A DNA stretch of 64,000 bases from an uncultured Chloroflexia bacterium (lineage in GTDB: Bacteria; Chloroflexota; Anaerolineae; B4-G1; SLSP01). The notes under the pieces were generated by a model. The model searched no databases, was not told where the DNA came from, and saw only the letters and a program-made list of their open reading frames with translations. The stretch spans positions 224,001 to 288,000 of the forward strand of contig CAVVUS010000018.1 of the NCBI GenBank assembly GCA_963751345.1, read 5' to 3'. Every line of letters starts with the position of its first letter. The stretch's first letter is position 1. This document shows positions 16,330 through 25,981 of this stretch, one piece after another. The position numbers were made by a program, and so were the translations under genes.

Positions 16330-18056
16330 TGCGTAGAGCCGCATCCCTTCACCACGCTCATTTCCTGCCTCTGCGGGCGCTCTCTCTGCTGGTCCTTGTG
16401 ATGCTCCTCGGCGGCTGCGCGGATCTCGCGCAGTTGTTGCCCGCGGGGGGCGGCGAGACCCCGGTGCCGGCATTCATCGCGCCCACTGCCGAGGCCGCCT
16501 ATCCTCCTACTGCGTCGACCGCCGCGCGCATCCAGGACCGGGGGGCTATCGTGGTTGGCGTGCGTTACGATCTCGAACCATTTTCTTATATCAGTGGAGA
16601 CAGCGAATTAGCCGGCCTGGATATTGACCTGATCCGGGAGCTCGCCCGGCGTTGGCTTGGCTCCTCTGATGCCGTCCGCTTTCGCCAGGTGCGTTCGGAC
16701 TCGGCCTACCAGTACCTTGCCGATGGCTCCGTCGACCTTGTACTGGCAGGACTGGTGCACACGCAAGATGCCGAGGCCCGCGCCGATTTCAGCCCGCCCT
16801 ACTTCGCCGATGGCATGGCGATTCTGACGTTCCCCGATAGCGGTATCACGGGTCTCGCCGATCTGGGCGCGAAGCGCGTTGGGACTGTGACGTGGACGGG
16901 GAGTGCCGATGCGCTTGCAGCCTCGGCTCCGGTCACGCCCACCTATGTTTCCTATGGGAATTACTTCGACGTCGTGGAGGCGCTTCGAACACGCCAGATC
17001 GACGCCTACGTCGACGAGCATCATCGCCTTGAGCGCGCGCGGCGCTCTGTCACCGGATCTATCCTTGTGGGACAGTGGACTCAAGAGCCGGTGGCGATGA
17101 TATTCCGGCAGGACGATCCATTCTTCTACAACCTTGTTGAGTTGACCTTCCTCGATATGGCAGCCGATGGTACCCGGGATGCCCTCTACGACCGTTGGCT
17201 CCCCGGTACATCGCCACCATCGTTGATTCGCCTTCCGGGGAGCGCACCGGCCCCCGCGCTTTCCGAATCACCGCCGGAACTCAGCACGCTCGATGTCGTG
17301 GGACGCATCCGGGATCGCGGGTCGCTTGCGGTCGGGTACTTCCAGGATCGGTGGCCTTACAGTGCGGACCGGGCCGACGGTGTCCCGACCGGGTTTGAGC
17401 TCAGGTTGCTGGAGCGGATGGCCGAGCTGTGGTTGGGGAGTACCTCAGCCGTGACGTTTGTGCCTGTCGTCAGTGAGGCCGACGCCTTGCAGCGTCTCGA
17501 TCGGGGTGAGATAGATCTACTCGCGGGCGACTGGGTGCATACCCGCGATGCTGAACTGCGCTATGATTTCTCGATTCCCATCCTCGACGATGGGGTGAGT
17601 ATTCTGTCCCTGGCGTCGAATCCTGTAGACGACTTGACGCAACTCAGCGGCCAATCCGTTGGGGTGGTGGCCGGCGGCAGCGCCGAAGCCGCGGTGCCCA
17701 CTCTGTCACAGGGGATAGGGCTCTCCGCGGAGGGTTATCCTACCTTCGATGCTGCATTAGCCGGGCTGCAGGCAGGTGAGGTGGCCGCTTTGCTCACGGA
17801 ACGGCTTCCTGCGCTCGGTGTTGCCTTCCGGGAAACCGGGTATGTTGTCACCGACAGCAGGTACACCTTCCGGCCTGTCGCCTACGTACTTCCGCAGGGC
17901 GACTCTGACTTCCGCGATCTCGTCAACCTGACACTGATGGCCCTCCAAGCGCAGGGTGGTTACCAGGAGCTCTACAGCCTCTGGTTTGATGACCCTGTGC
18001 CCGCGCTCGTTGCGTGGCCGGGTCAGGCCGCGATCTCACTCTCGGTCGGGCCGTAG
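16329..18056 (+). CDS. Lipoprotein with two tandem family-3 (polar amino acid) solute-binding domains
   Basis: Lipobox LLGGC; two related halves (RIQDRGAIVVG...GLDIDL and RIRDRGSLAVG...GFELRL), each ending LY..W. Confidence 0.85.
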   Translation: MRRAASLHHAHFLPLRALSLLVLVMLLGGCADLAQLLPAGGGETPVPAFIAPTAEAAYPPTASTAARIQDRGAIVVGVRYDLEPFSYISGDSELAGLDIDLIRELARRWLGSSDAVRFRQVRSDSAYQYLADGSVDLVLAGLVHTQDAEARADFSPPYFADGMAILTFPDSGITGLADLGAKRVGTVTWTGSADALAASAPVTPTYVSYGNYFDVVEALRTRQIDAYVDEHHRLERARRSVTGSILVGQWTQEPVAMIFRQDDPFFYNLVELTFLDMAADGTRDALYDRWLPGTSPPSLIRLPGSAPAPALSESPPELSTLDVVGRIRDRGSLAVGYFQDRWPYSADRADGVPTGFELRLLERMAELWLGSTSAVTFVPVVSEADALQRLDRGEIDLLAGDWVHTRDAELRYDFSIPILDDGVSILSLASNPVDDLTQLSGQSVGVVAGGSAEAAVPTLSQGIGLSAEGYPTFDAALAGLQAGEVAALLTERLPALGVAFRETGYVVTDSRYTFRPVAYVLPQGDSDFRDLVNLTLMALQAQGGYQELYSLWFDDPVPALVAWPGQAAISLSVGP

Positions 18057-18176
18057 CCTGTCTCAGGGCCCGGATTAGTGATTGTATCGCCACCTCCGAA
18101 TCTACAGCTATCTCGCTTGCCGTTTTTGCTCTCACGTGTACGCCTGTATTGAAAACACCTCGTCTTTTCATCCGCT

Positions 18177-18187
18177 TGTGGTAAAAT
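18177..18187 (+). promoter_or_regulatory. Extended -10 promoter (TGTGGTAAAAT), probably leaderless
   Basis: TAAAAT 18182-18187 with TG upstream; GTG start 6 nt downstream with no SD sequence. Confidence 0.5.
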
Positions 18188-18193
18188 AACTAG

Positions 18194-19234
18194 GTGAATC
18201 AGGCAAGTGTATCCCACGAAGAATCACGTCGTCCGATGGGCACCCTGGCCTGCATTACCACGGGGTTTGAGGTCGCTGCACGGAATCCTGTACTCATTGT
18301 CTTGCCCTTGATGCTGGATCTGTTCCTCTGGTTGGGTCCGCGGCTGTCGATCGCTCCGATTTTGCAGGGCGTCATGGTGTTCCTCAACCAGTGGCTGCAG
18401 GTTGATCCGTCCTCAGTCCAGGCCTCCGACGCTGCCTCGTTGCTCAGTCAGATCCTCGAGGAGCTAAGCAAGAGTTTCAACCTCTTCTCGCTGCTCCATC
18501 CGGCTCCGTTGCTGGGTGTGCCGGTGCTGATGTCGGGACGGTTGTCGGCGGTGAGCCCCTTGGGTCCCCAGCCGGCTGTGGAGATAGCATCGATGCTCCT
18601 GCTGTTGGCGTGTGCCGTGGTGCTGACGGTTGCGGGGTTGGGGCTCAGTTCGCTCTATCTGGAGGTCGTTGGGCGCCGCGTAATCTCGGAGACCGATTCG
18701 CCTCTGCCGGGCCCGATGTCTATGTGGGTAATCTGGCAGCAGTTTGTCAAGCTCGCTCTTCTGCTCTTCGTTATTTTGTTCTCATTTTCGATGGTGCTCT
18801 CGTTTTTCGCCGGCCTGATTGGCTTTCTCAGTCTAACACTCGCCGGCCTGGTGATGACGTTGGCTTCATCGGTCGTGCTGTTTATCGGCGTGCACTTGCT
18901 TTTTACCGTGCCCGGCATCGTGCTTTTGCGGCGGGGATTGCTGCGGGCGATGAAAGAGAGCTTGCTGCTCACCAGAGGCGATTTCATTAACGTTATCTTT
19001 CTCCTTGGGCTGATCCTCGTGATCTCTCGGGGGTTAGGCGTGGTCTGGGCGCTGCCCGAGGCGGCGTCCTGGGCGACGATTGTGGGACTGGCAGGACACG
19101 CTTTTGTCAGTACCGCGCTGACGGCGGCGCTTCTGGTCTTCTACCAGGAGCGGCTGAGATACCTTGGTAGCCTGCAACAGCTCTCCGCTGCCCAGCCCGG
19201 TGAGGCAAAAGCACATCCGGTAGCTGGCGAGTGA
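18194..19234 (+). CDS. Multi-pass membrane protein of unknown function
   Basis: 346-aa ORF with about 7 hydrophobic segments. Confidence 0.75.
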   Translation: MNQASVSHEESRRPMGTLACITTGFEVAARNPVLIVLPLMLDLFLWLGPRLSIAPILQGVMVFLNQWLQVDPSSVQASDAASLLSQILEELSKSFNLFSLLHPAPLLGVPVLMSGRLSAVSPLGPQPAVEIASMLLLLACAVVLTVAGLGLSSLYLEVVGRRVISETDSPLPGPMSMWVIWQQFVKLALLLFVILFSFSMVLSFFAGLIGFLSLTLAGLVMTLASSVVLFIGVHLLFTVPGIVLLRRGLLRAMKESLLLTRGDFINVIFLLGLILVISRGLGVVWALPEAASWATIVGLAGHAFVSTALTAALLVFYQERLRYLGSLQQLSAAQPGEAKAHPVAGE

Positions 19235-19265
19235 TGTGCTCCTCCAGGTGTGAGTGTGGGAAAAC

Positions 19266-21198
19266 ATGGCTGTAAAAACTAACAACGCGGTAAAATACGA
19301 CGCATCAACCATCCAGGTACTGGAGGGGCTTGAGGCGGTACGTCGTCGCCCCGGCATGTACGTTGGGGGGACCGATATCCGGGCGCTGCATCACCTCGTC
19401 TACGAGGTCGTGGATAACTCGATCGACGAAGCATTGGCAGAGGCCTGCGATCACATCCGCATCATCATCGAGCCGAACCTCACCGTCTCCGTCATTGATA
19501 ATGGACGTGGTATCCCTGTCGGGATCCATCCCGAGAAGGGGATTTCGGCTCTGACGCTGGTATTGACGACGCTCCATGCCGGCGGGAAGTTCGATGGCGG
19601 CGGCTACAAGGTCTCCGGTGGCCTGCACGGCGTCGGCGTCTCCGCGGTGAATGCGCTCTCTGAATGGATGGAAGTGACCGTGCGGTCGGACGACGGCAAG
19701 GTCTACCGCCAGCGCTTCGAACGCGGCGTGCCGGTCTCCGGTGTGGAAGAGGTCGGCACGTGCGACCCCGAGGATACCGGCACCACCGTCACCTTCCGCT
19801 TCGATCCTGTGATTTTCACCGACGAGACGGCGACCTACAGCTTCGAGACGTTGGCGCAGCGCTTCCGGGAGATGGCATTTGTCACACGGGGTGTGGCCAT
19901 CGATCTGATCGATCGCCGCGAGAGCCCATCACGGCGGATGTCGTTCTACTTCGAGGGTGGCATCCGCTCGTTCGTCAAGTACCTCGACCGCAACCGGCAA
20001 CCGCTACACGAGCCGCTCTATATCGAGAAGGAAGTTGACGGCGTGGTCGTGGAGGTTGCCCTCCAGTACAGCGACACTTTCACCGAGACGGTGCTCTGTT
20101 TCGCCAACACGATCAACACAATCGATGGCGGTTCGCACATGACCGGGTTCCGCTCCGCGATCACGCGGGCGATCAACGATGCGGGCCGCAAGCTCTCGGT
20201 GCTGCGAGAGAGCGATGCCAACCTGAGCGGCGACGATGTCCGCGAGGGGCTGACAGCCGTGATCAGCGTCAAGGTGGCAGAGCCCCAGTTTGAGAGCCAG
20301 ACCAAAGTGAAGTTGATGAACCCCGAGGTCCGCTTTGCCGTCGAGACGGTGACCAGCGACGCGATCTCGGAGTTTTTCGAGACCGACCCCAAGGCAGCGC
20401 GCCGCATCGTGGAAAAGGGCCTCACGGCGCTCAAGGCGCGCGCGGCTGCGCGGAAGGCCCGTGACCTCGTCATCCGCAAGAGCGCGTTGGAGAGCATGAC
20501 GCTCCCTGGCAAGCTTGCGGACTGCTCCAGCCGCGATTCCAGCATCAGTGAGATCTTCATCGTCGAGGGTGACTCGGCAGGTGGTTCGGCCAAACAGGGG
20601 CGCGACCGCCAGTTCCAGGCGATTCTCCCGCTTCGGGGCAAGATCCTCAACACCGAGCGCGCGGGGCTCAACAAAATCCTCGAGCAACCGTGAGATCCAG
20701 GCGATTATCTCCGCACTGGGCTGTGGGATCGGAGATCAATTTGGGGTTGAGGGCCTGCGCTACGACCGCGTGATTATCATGACAGATGCTGACGTGGATG
20801 GGGCGCACATCACCACGTTGCTGCTGACCTTCTTCTTCCGCTATATGACACCGCTGATCGAGACGGGACACCTCTACATCGCCCAGCCGCCGCTCTACCT
20901 GGTCAAGGCGGGGCGGGAGGAGCAGTACGTCTACGCCGAGACCGACCTCGCCCGGACGATCCGCGAGCTGTCTGGTCGGAAGTACTCGCTTCAGCGTTAC
21001 AAGGGTCTGGGCGAGATGAATCCCGATCAGCTTTGGGACACCACGATGGATCCCGGGCAGCGGACGCTGGTCCGCGTGCGGATCGAGGACGCGGTCGAGG
21101 CCGATCGGGTGTTCGATATGCTGATGGGCAGTTCGGTGCCGCCACGCCGCAAGTTCATCCAGTCCCACGCGCAAGAGGTACAGAACCTCGACGTGTAG
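19266..21198 (+). CDS. gyrB: Type IIA topoisomerase subunit B (GyrB/ParE), frameshift near 20681
   Basis: [86 protein letters not shown]. Confidence 0.93.
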
Positions 21199-21269
21199 CG
21201 GGCCTCCCTATAGGTTCCGATTGACGATTAGCCTTATGGCGTTCGCCACCACCAGCAATACAGATCTTC

Positions 21270-21316
21270 CTTCGCGGGATCGAACGCTCTGGCCTGAGCC
21301 GTTCGATCCCGCGAAG
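21270..21316. other. 17-bp perfect inverted repeat (terminator- or REP-like hairpin) between gyrB and the convergent TIR gene
   Basis: CTTCGCGGGATCGAACG (21270-21286) and CGTTCGATCCCGCGAAG (21300-21316). Confidence 0.7.
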
Positions 21317-21380
21317 CTTGAAAGCTGACCCGGGCGCGAAGAAGTCCTGGAACAACGAACTCTTATTCTCCTTCGCTTAC

Positions 21381-21432
21381 GTCTAACGGTGCGCATCAGC
21401 GGCAGCGCACAGCGACGTCTGCTGTTGCTAAA
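21381..21432 (-). mobile_element. Degenerate integron attC-like site downstream of the TIR gene
   Basis: Minus strand reads ...TAGCAAC AGCAGACGTCGCTGTGCGCTGCCGCTGATGCGCACC GTTAGAC: GTTRRRY core and GCTGATGCG L' box present, L'' arm partly deleted. Confidence 0.55.
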
Positions 21433-21442
21433 CGCCCTGCTC

Positions 21443-22286
21443 TTACAGGGCTTTGTTCATATCTACAGGTAGTCCAGCGGCCTTCAGTTCCTTGGCCATC
21501 TGCAGCCGCCAGCCACCCTCCGCGTCAAGCTTGACGTAGAGTACTCCTGAGTAGTCGGAAGGAATCTCGACGCCCTCTACATAAAGGGCACACACACGAG
21601 ACCTTCCGAGCCTCCCGAGGAAGAACCCGAGTTCAAGGATCACGTTCTGTCGCGCACGAGGACGCAGTTGGTCATTCGATGCTGTTGCCAGACCACCGTG
21701 ATCGTCTCCAGTCAGAAGTACGACTGCGAAGCCTACGTCGCTGTAGTCTTCAAACTTCTCAATGATAGTCCAACCGCGATTGGGCTGCTCGCGAAGTAGA
21801 ATTACCTCTTGATCCAGCTTTTCGAGGAAGCGCGCCACCCCCTGGATTGCTCCCTCGTCGTGGCCATGCACTAGGAAAATCTGATGGCCCTTTTGTGCGT
21901 TTGCCGACACGCCGGAGACAGCGCCGGTCTCTTGGAGTTGCCTCTCCGTCTTGAGCAGTTCGATCAATCCCTCAAGACGGGTGAGTTGCGTTTGAAGGCT
22001 TTCGGCCCGTTGATTTTCCCACCATCTTTCACCTGCGTTCATCGGGAAAGCCCCGGACTTTCCCACATTCGTCACGCTGTCTACGTTCGATGAGTAATCG
22101 GCCGAACGCCTTCTCAAGATAATTCCGGGTAACCAGCTCCCACTGCCCATACGAATCATCGGTGAGAGGACGCGACTGCAGGAGTTCGTGCCCCTTCTGG
22201 AGTTGCTCCTCCAGAAGGTGGATCCCTGTAGCAGGATCGACCTGCGGGCGTTCGGTAGGATCTGACTCATTCCGTCTGCGTGTCAC
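21443..22286 (-). CDS. TIR-like nucleotide-binding domain protein (CAP12/Pycsar-effector TIR type), frameshift near 22100
   Basis: IFLVHGHD, IIEKFE, FAVVLLTGDD, RARQNVILELGFF, EIPSD. The N-terminus MTRRRNESDP...EKAFG with an AAGGAG RBS is in the adjacent frame. Confidence 0.88.
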
Positions 22287-22401
22287 TCTGTCTCCTTCTA
22301 CACCGCTCTGTGCGTCTACTTATGATGTATATTAGTTCGAGATCGCGGATTTGGTAACCCAATCTGGTTATTCGAGGGTCTTTTCTGTTTTCGCTGTCCT
22401 A

Positions 22402-22465
22402 TTGCATTTTGGATCGATCAACGATAGAATATAGATGATTAACCTATAGGGTAAATCGGTTAATC
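22402..22465 (+). promoter_or_regulatory. higBA promoter and operator
   Basis: TTGCAT 22402-22407, 17 bp, TAGAAT 22425-22430; inverted repeat GATTAACC (22437-22444) and GGTTAATC (22458-22465). Confidence 0.65.
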
Positions 22466-22484
22466 TGACATAGAGGAGCGTCTC

Positions 22485-22781
22485 TTGCGTTTTCGCTTCG
22501 CTTCCTCCAAACTCCTCAATCTCTACCAAGAAGAGAAAGGGGCGCACAGGTATCCGTCATCTGTGGTCGCCGCCTTCTTCGAAGTCATGGATGTTATTGA
22601 CAGCGCCGCGGATGAGCGTGATCTCTATGCCTTGAGGAGCTTGCGATACGAGAAGCTCAAAGGTGATCGCAGTGGCCGGTATTCGATGCGGTTGAATAGG
22701 CAGTTCAGGCTTGTTCTTGAGCGTGTACGTGATGAAGAAGGGCTTTATCTACTGATCACCGATATCGAGGACTATCATTAA
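22485..22781 (+). CDS. higB: HigB/RelE-family toxin
   Basis: LRYEKLKGDRSGRYSMRLNRQFRL...IEDYH; toxin-first gene order. Confidence 0.9.
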   Translation: MRFRFASSKLLNLYQEEKGAHRYPSSVVAAFFEVMDVIDSAADERDLYALRSLRYEKLKGDRSGRYSMRLNRQFRLVLERVRDEEGLYLLITDIEDYH

Positions 22782-22794
22782 GGATGGAGAAGAG

Positions 22795-23895
22795 ATGAGT
22801 GCGAGACCGATACCTGCCCGGGTTCCGCCGCCTGGCCATATGATCCGCCGGGAGATAGAGGCGCGGGGCTGGACCCAGAAGGACCTAGCGAATATTATGG
22901 ACCGCCCGGAGAAGACGGTCAGCGAGATCGTGAACGGGCACAAGCAGATAACGCCCGAGACGGCGCTGCAGTTGGCTGCCGCTTTCGGGACGTCGGCCGA
23001 TCTATGGCTTAATCTGGAGACGAACTATCAGCTCTTCTTGGCCCGTCAGGCGCAGGATCTATCCGACGTCCAGCGCAAAAGCAGACTCTACAGTGCAGTG
23101 CCGCTGACTGAAATCACTCGCCATGGCTGGGTTCAAACGCGGAGTACTCTAGGCGAACTCGAACAAGAGGTATGTGAGTTTCTAGGTGTAGCTTCACTGG
23201 ATGAACGGCCTGCAGTGGCGGTCAGCCTGCGCCAAAGTGAGGCTCACGATCCTGAAGTAGCTGCCGAGGTGGCCTGGGTCAAGCGCGTAGAGCATCTGGC
23301 GCGTGAACAGACCGTTGGTGCCTTTGGGCAAGGACTCCTCTACGAGGATCTTCCTCACCTTCTCACCTATGCATCACAAGCGGCAGGCGTGACGAAGGTG
23401 TCCGATTTTCTGCGCGAGCACGGGGTTCACTTCCTGATCGTACCCCATCTGGAGCAAACTTATATCGATGGGGCCGCGTTCAGCGTCGATGATCACCCGG
23501 TCATTGCCTTGACCTTGCGGTATGATCGTATCGACAATTTCTGGTTCACGCTCTTGCACGAAGTGGCCCACGTCGTCGCCGGACACGGGGAAGGATATCT
23601 CGATAATTTGGACGAACCGTCCGAAAGCCCTGAGGAGGCGGAGGCCAATCAGATGGCACAGGACTGGCTCGTTGACCGTGGGGCATTGGCCGAATTCGTG
23701 GAGGCAACCCGACCGTATTTTTCCCAAGCGAAGATCGAGACTTTCGCCGCCAGTCTCGGACGCCATCCTGGCATTGTCGTGGGACGACTGCACCACGATA
23801 GGGTGATCGACTATAAGCACTCCCGCCGTTCCCTGATCAAGGTGTCTGATTTTCTCAAAGCTTGGATTGACGTGCCCGAACCTGAGGACGCTTAG
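22795..23895 (+). CDS. higA: HigA antitoxin (XRE HTH) fused to an ImmA/IrrE M78 metallopeptidase domain
   Basis: PPGHMI...WTQKDLA...ITPETALQLAAAFGTSADLWLNL; RYDRIDNFWFTLLHEVAH (HExxH); E.EAN. Confidence 0.9.
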   Translation: MSARPIPARVPPPGHMIRREIEARGWTQKDLANIMDRPEKTVSEIVNGHKQITPETALQLAAAFGTSADLWLNLETNYQLFLARQAQDLSDVQRKSRLYSAVPLTEITRHGWVQTRSTLGELEQEVCEFLGVASLDERPAVAVSLRQSEAHDPEVAAEVAWVKRVEHLAREQTVGAFGQGLLYEDLPHLLTYASQAAGVTKVSDFLREHGVHFLIVPHLEQTYIDGAAFSVDDHPVIALTLRYDRIDNFWFTLLHEVAHVVAGHGEGYLDNLDEPSESPEEAEANQMAQDWLVDRGALAEFVEATRPYFSQAKIETFAASLGRHPGIVVGRLHHDRVIDYKHSRRSLIKVSDFLKAWIDVPEPEDA

Positions 23896-23992
23896 CGCCA
23901 AGTCTGTAAGGTCTGGCATTATGGCACAATGCGCGACGACAGAACAACAAGCCCGCCTTCGCTCCCGCAGTTGCACTGCAGTTATGGTTTAC

Positions 23993-24644
23993 TCAATACG
24001 CTGCATCCATCACCGGCGAGGTCTTTTCAGCAACGTGAACCTTGATCGGGTATGTCACCAACTTGCTACCAGGTGCTTGAGCCCCGCCGCCGGAAACATC
24101 GCTCGATAGTCTGAGCTGCTATAGAACTTGGCGTGCTCACGCTCCCGTTGTCTGACCCGGCCATCAATCCAGCGCATGAGAAAGTCATCCGTGGTCACGT
24201 CCAGCACGTAGAGGCGGCCCGCCGTCGTAAGCACAGGTGAAATCTCGACAATACCTTCGATGGGGATGGGTAGCGATGAAAGGAATTGGTGCAGATAGCA
24301 CAGTCCACGGAGCCGCCCTCAAGTGGGATTTGCTCGACGTTGGCCTTGTAGACATGTACGTTCCTAAAGCCACGAGATTGGCTCTGGGCTGCTTCAATCA
24401 TGCCTGCCTGAAATGTCGACGCCATAGAACTCACCCTCGTCTTGCAGAAGGCGGCTACATAGCGTACTGCCCAGCCCGTACCACATCCGATGTCGAGAAA
24501 ATGGAGGCCGGGTCTCAGGTCAATGAGTCGAACGACCCTCTTCTGCATCCACCGAAAATAGTCGAAACGCTTCCGGTCGTAGGTGGCGGCACGGGAATCC
24601 CACTTGCGTTCATTCAGTCTCGTATGTTCGGTATGTGGGTCCAT
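23993..24644 (-). CDS. Class I SAM methyltransferase (several frameshifts; pseudogene or assembly error)
   Basis: LDIGCGTG, ANVEQIP...VDCAICTNSFH; the reading frame breaks repeatedly and the 3' end is approximate. Confidence 0.7.
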
Positions 24645-24694
24645 TGCAGGTAATCCAATCTCAGTCCTCATCCCAGCGAACGTCCATCGGCTGG

Positions 24695-25688
24695 TCAATC
24701 CCGGGCAGGGGTAGAGAGTTCGCTTCCGCCTCTACCGCATCGCGTCTGCGCTTGGGAAAGCCCGCGCCATAGCTGAATCGTCAGCACGTGCCCCGCCCGC
24801 CGCCAGGTGCCGGCAGTCTCACCCTCGACGAGGAGGGCGCCGGGCCAGACACGGGACGTCCACAGCGCGCGGCGTTGACGCTCGTCGGGCACCAGGAGTT
24901 CGCGGTCGGCGCCTTGCAGCAAGAACCAGGTATCCCCGCTTGGCAGGAGCCGGGCCGGTGCCGCTGGGCCGGGCGCCGCGCGGAACAGGGCCTCGTCTTC
25001 GCTCAGGATCCACGCTTCCCCGATGGGCGTGCGCACCGGCATCAACGAGGTGCCGAGCGTTTCGAAGGCAGCGATCCCGCGGGTAGGGCGTATGCCCGCC
25101 CACGTCGCGAAGGCTTCGGGCGTGCTGGGGCCGAACACGTGCAGAAACCGCCGGGCAAGTTCGAGGCGCGCCTCGTGCGGGTCCATGTCAGGCGCCGGCA
25201 CAGTCCGGATCTCGGGTTGGCGCGAACCGTCCCAGCGCATCACGACCGTCCCCGTCGGCGCGGCGTAACGCAGCCGGTTGGGATGCTTTCTCTCCCATGG
25301 CGCGCGCCGCCGCGCTGTAAGTCATCCGGCTGCCGGCCAGCGCTGCGCCCAACCGGGCTGCGATATCCTGGGCACGCTTCAACTGCCTGCCCTCATCCGG
25401 GAGCCTGCCGAGGGTAAACACCGCGAGATCGCGTTTTGCCACGACGTAGGCGCTGAACCGGGGTCCCCAAATCTGGACAAGCGAGGGATCCTCCCAACTC
25501 GCCGGCTCGGTTCCCGCCATGCGCGCATGGATCGAGAGAAGCGCGGCCCGCGGCATGCTGTCCTGCAGACCGGCCCACGCTGCACGTCGCAGCGCGCACC
25601 GGCCACGTGGCAATCGCTCGTCGAGTGACGTGACACGGCGCCGAAACGCGAGAATCTGCGAACGGGTGAGTTCCAGGTTGGTTGTCAT
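24695..25688 (-). CDS. AlkZ/YcaQ-like (HTH_42) winged-helix DNA glycosylase family protein (frameshifted)
   Basis: GLQDSMPRAALLSIHAR; ELARRFLHVFGPSTPEAFATWAG; RLLPSGD; LLVEGETAGTWR. Confidence 0.75.
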
Positions 25689-25981
25689 GTGCGACCGCGC
25701 CTCTCTCTGGCTAGAACGTACATCCATCTTACCGGTGCGACTTCAACCTGTAGCCTTGATTGGCCCCACAAACCGGCGTACAATAGAACAAAAGATCTAT
25801 TTTGGGACCGGGGCACCAGCATGAGCCAATGGACACACGCACCCTTACGGCAGATCACCTCTAGGGCCACCCTTCAGTGCCCGACAGAGGTGTCCTGCTT
25901 TCTCCTGTCCCTTCTCCCTTATACCCCTATTTTACGAAACGAACCCATTTTCGGGCCGCCCAGGGTGGCCGACCACGGCCC

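Noticed and set aside
21443-22286. Complete CBASS, Pycsar or Thoeris system
   Set aside because: No cyclase or ThsA partner is in the window; only the lone TIR gene is supported.
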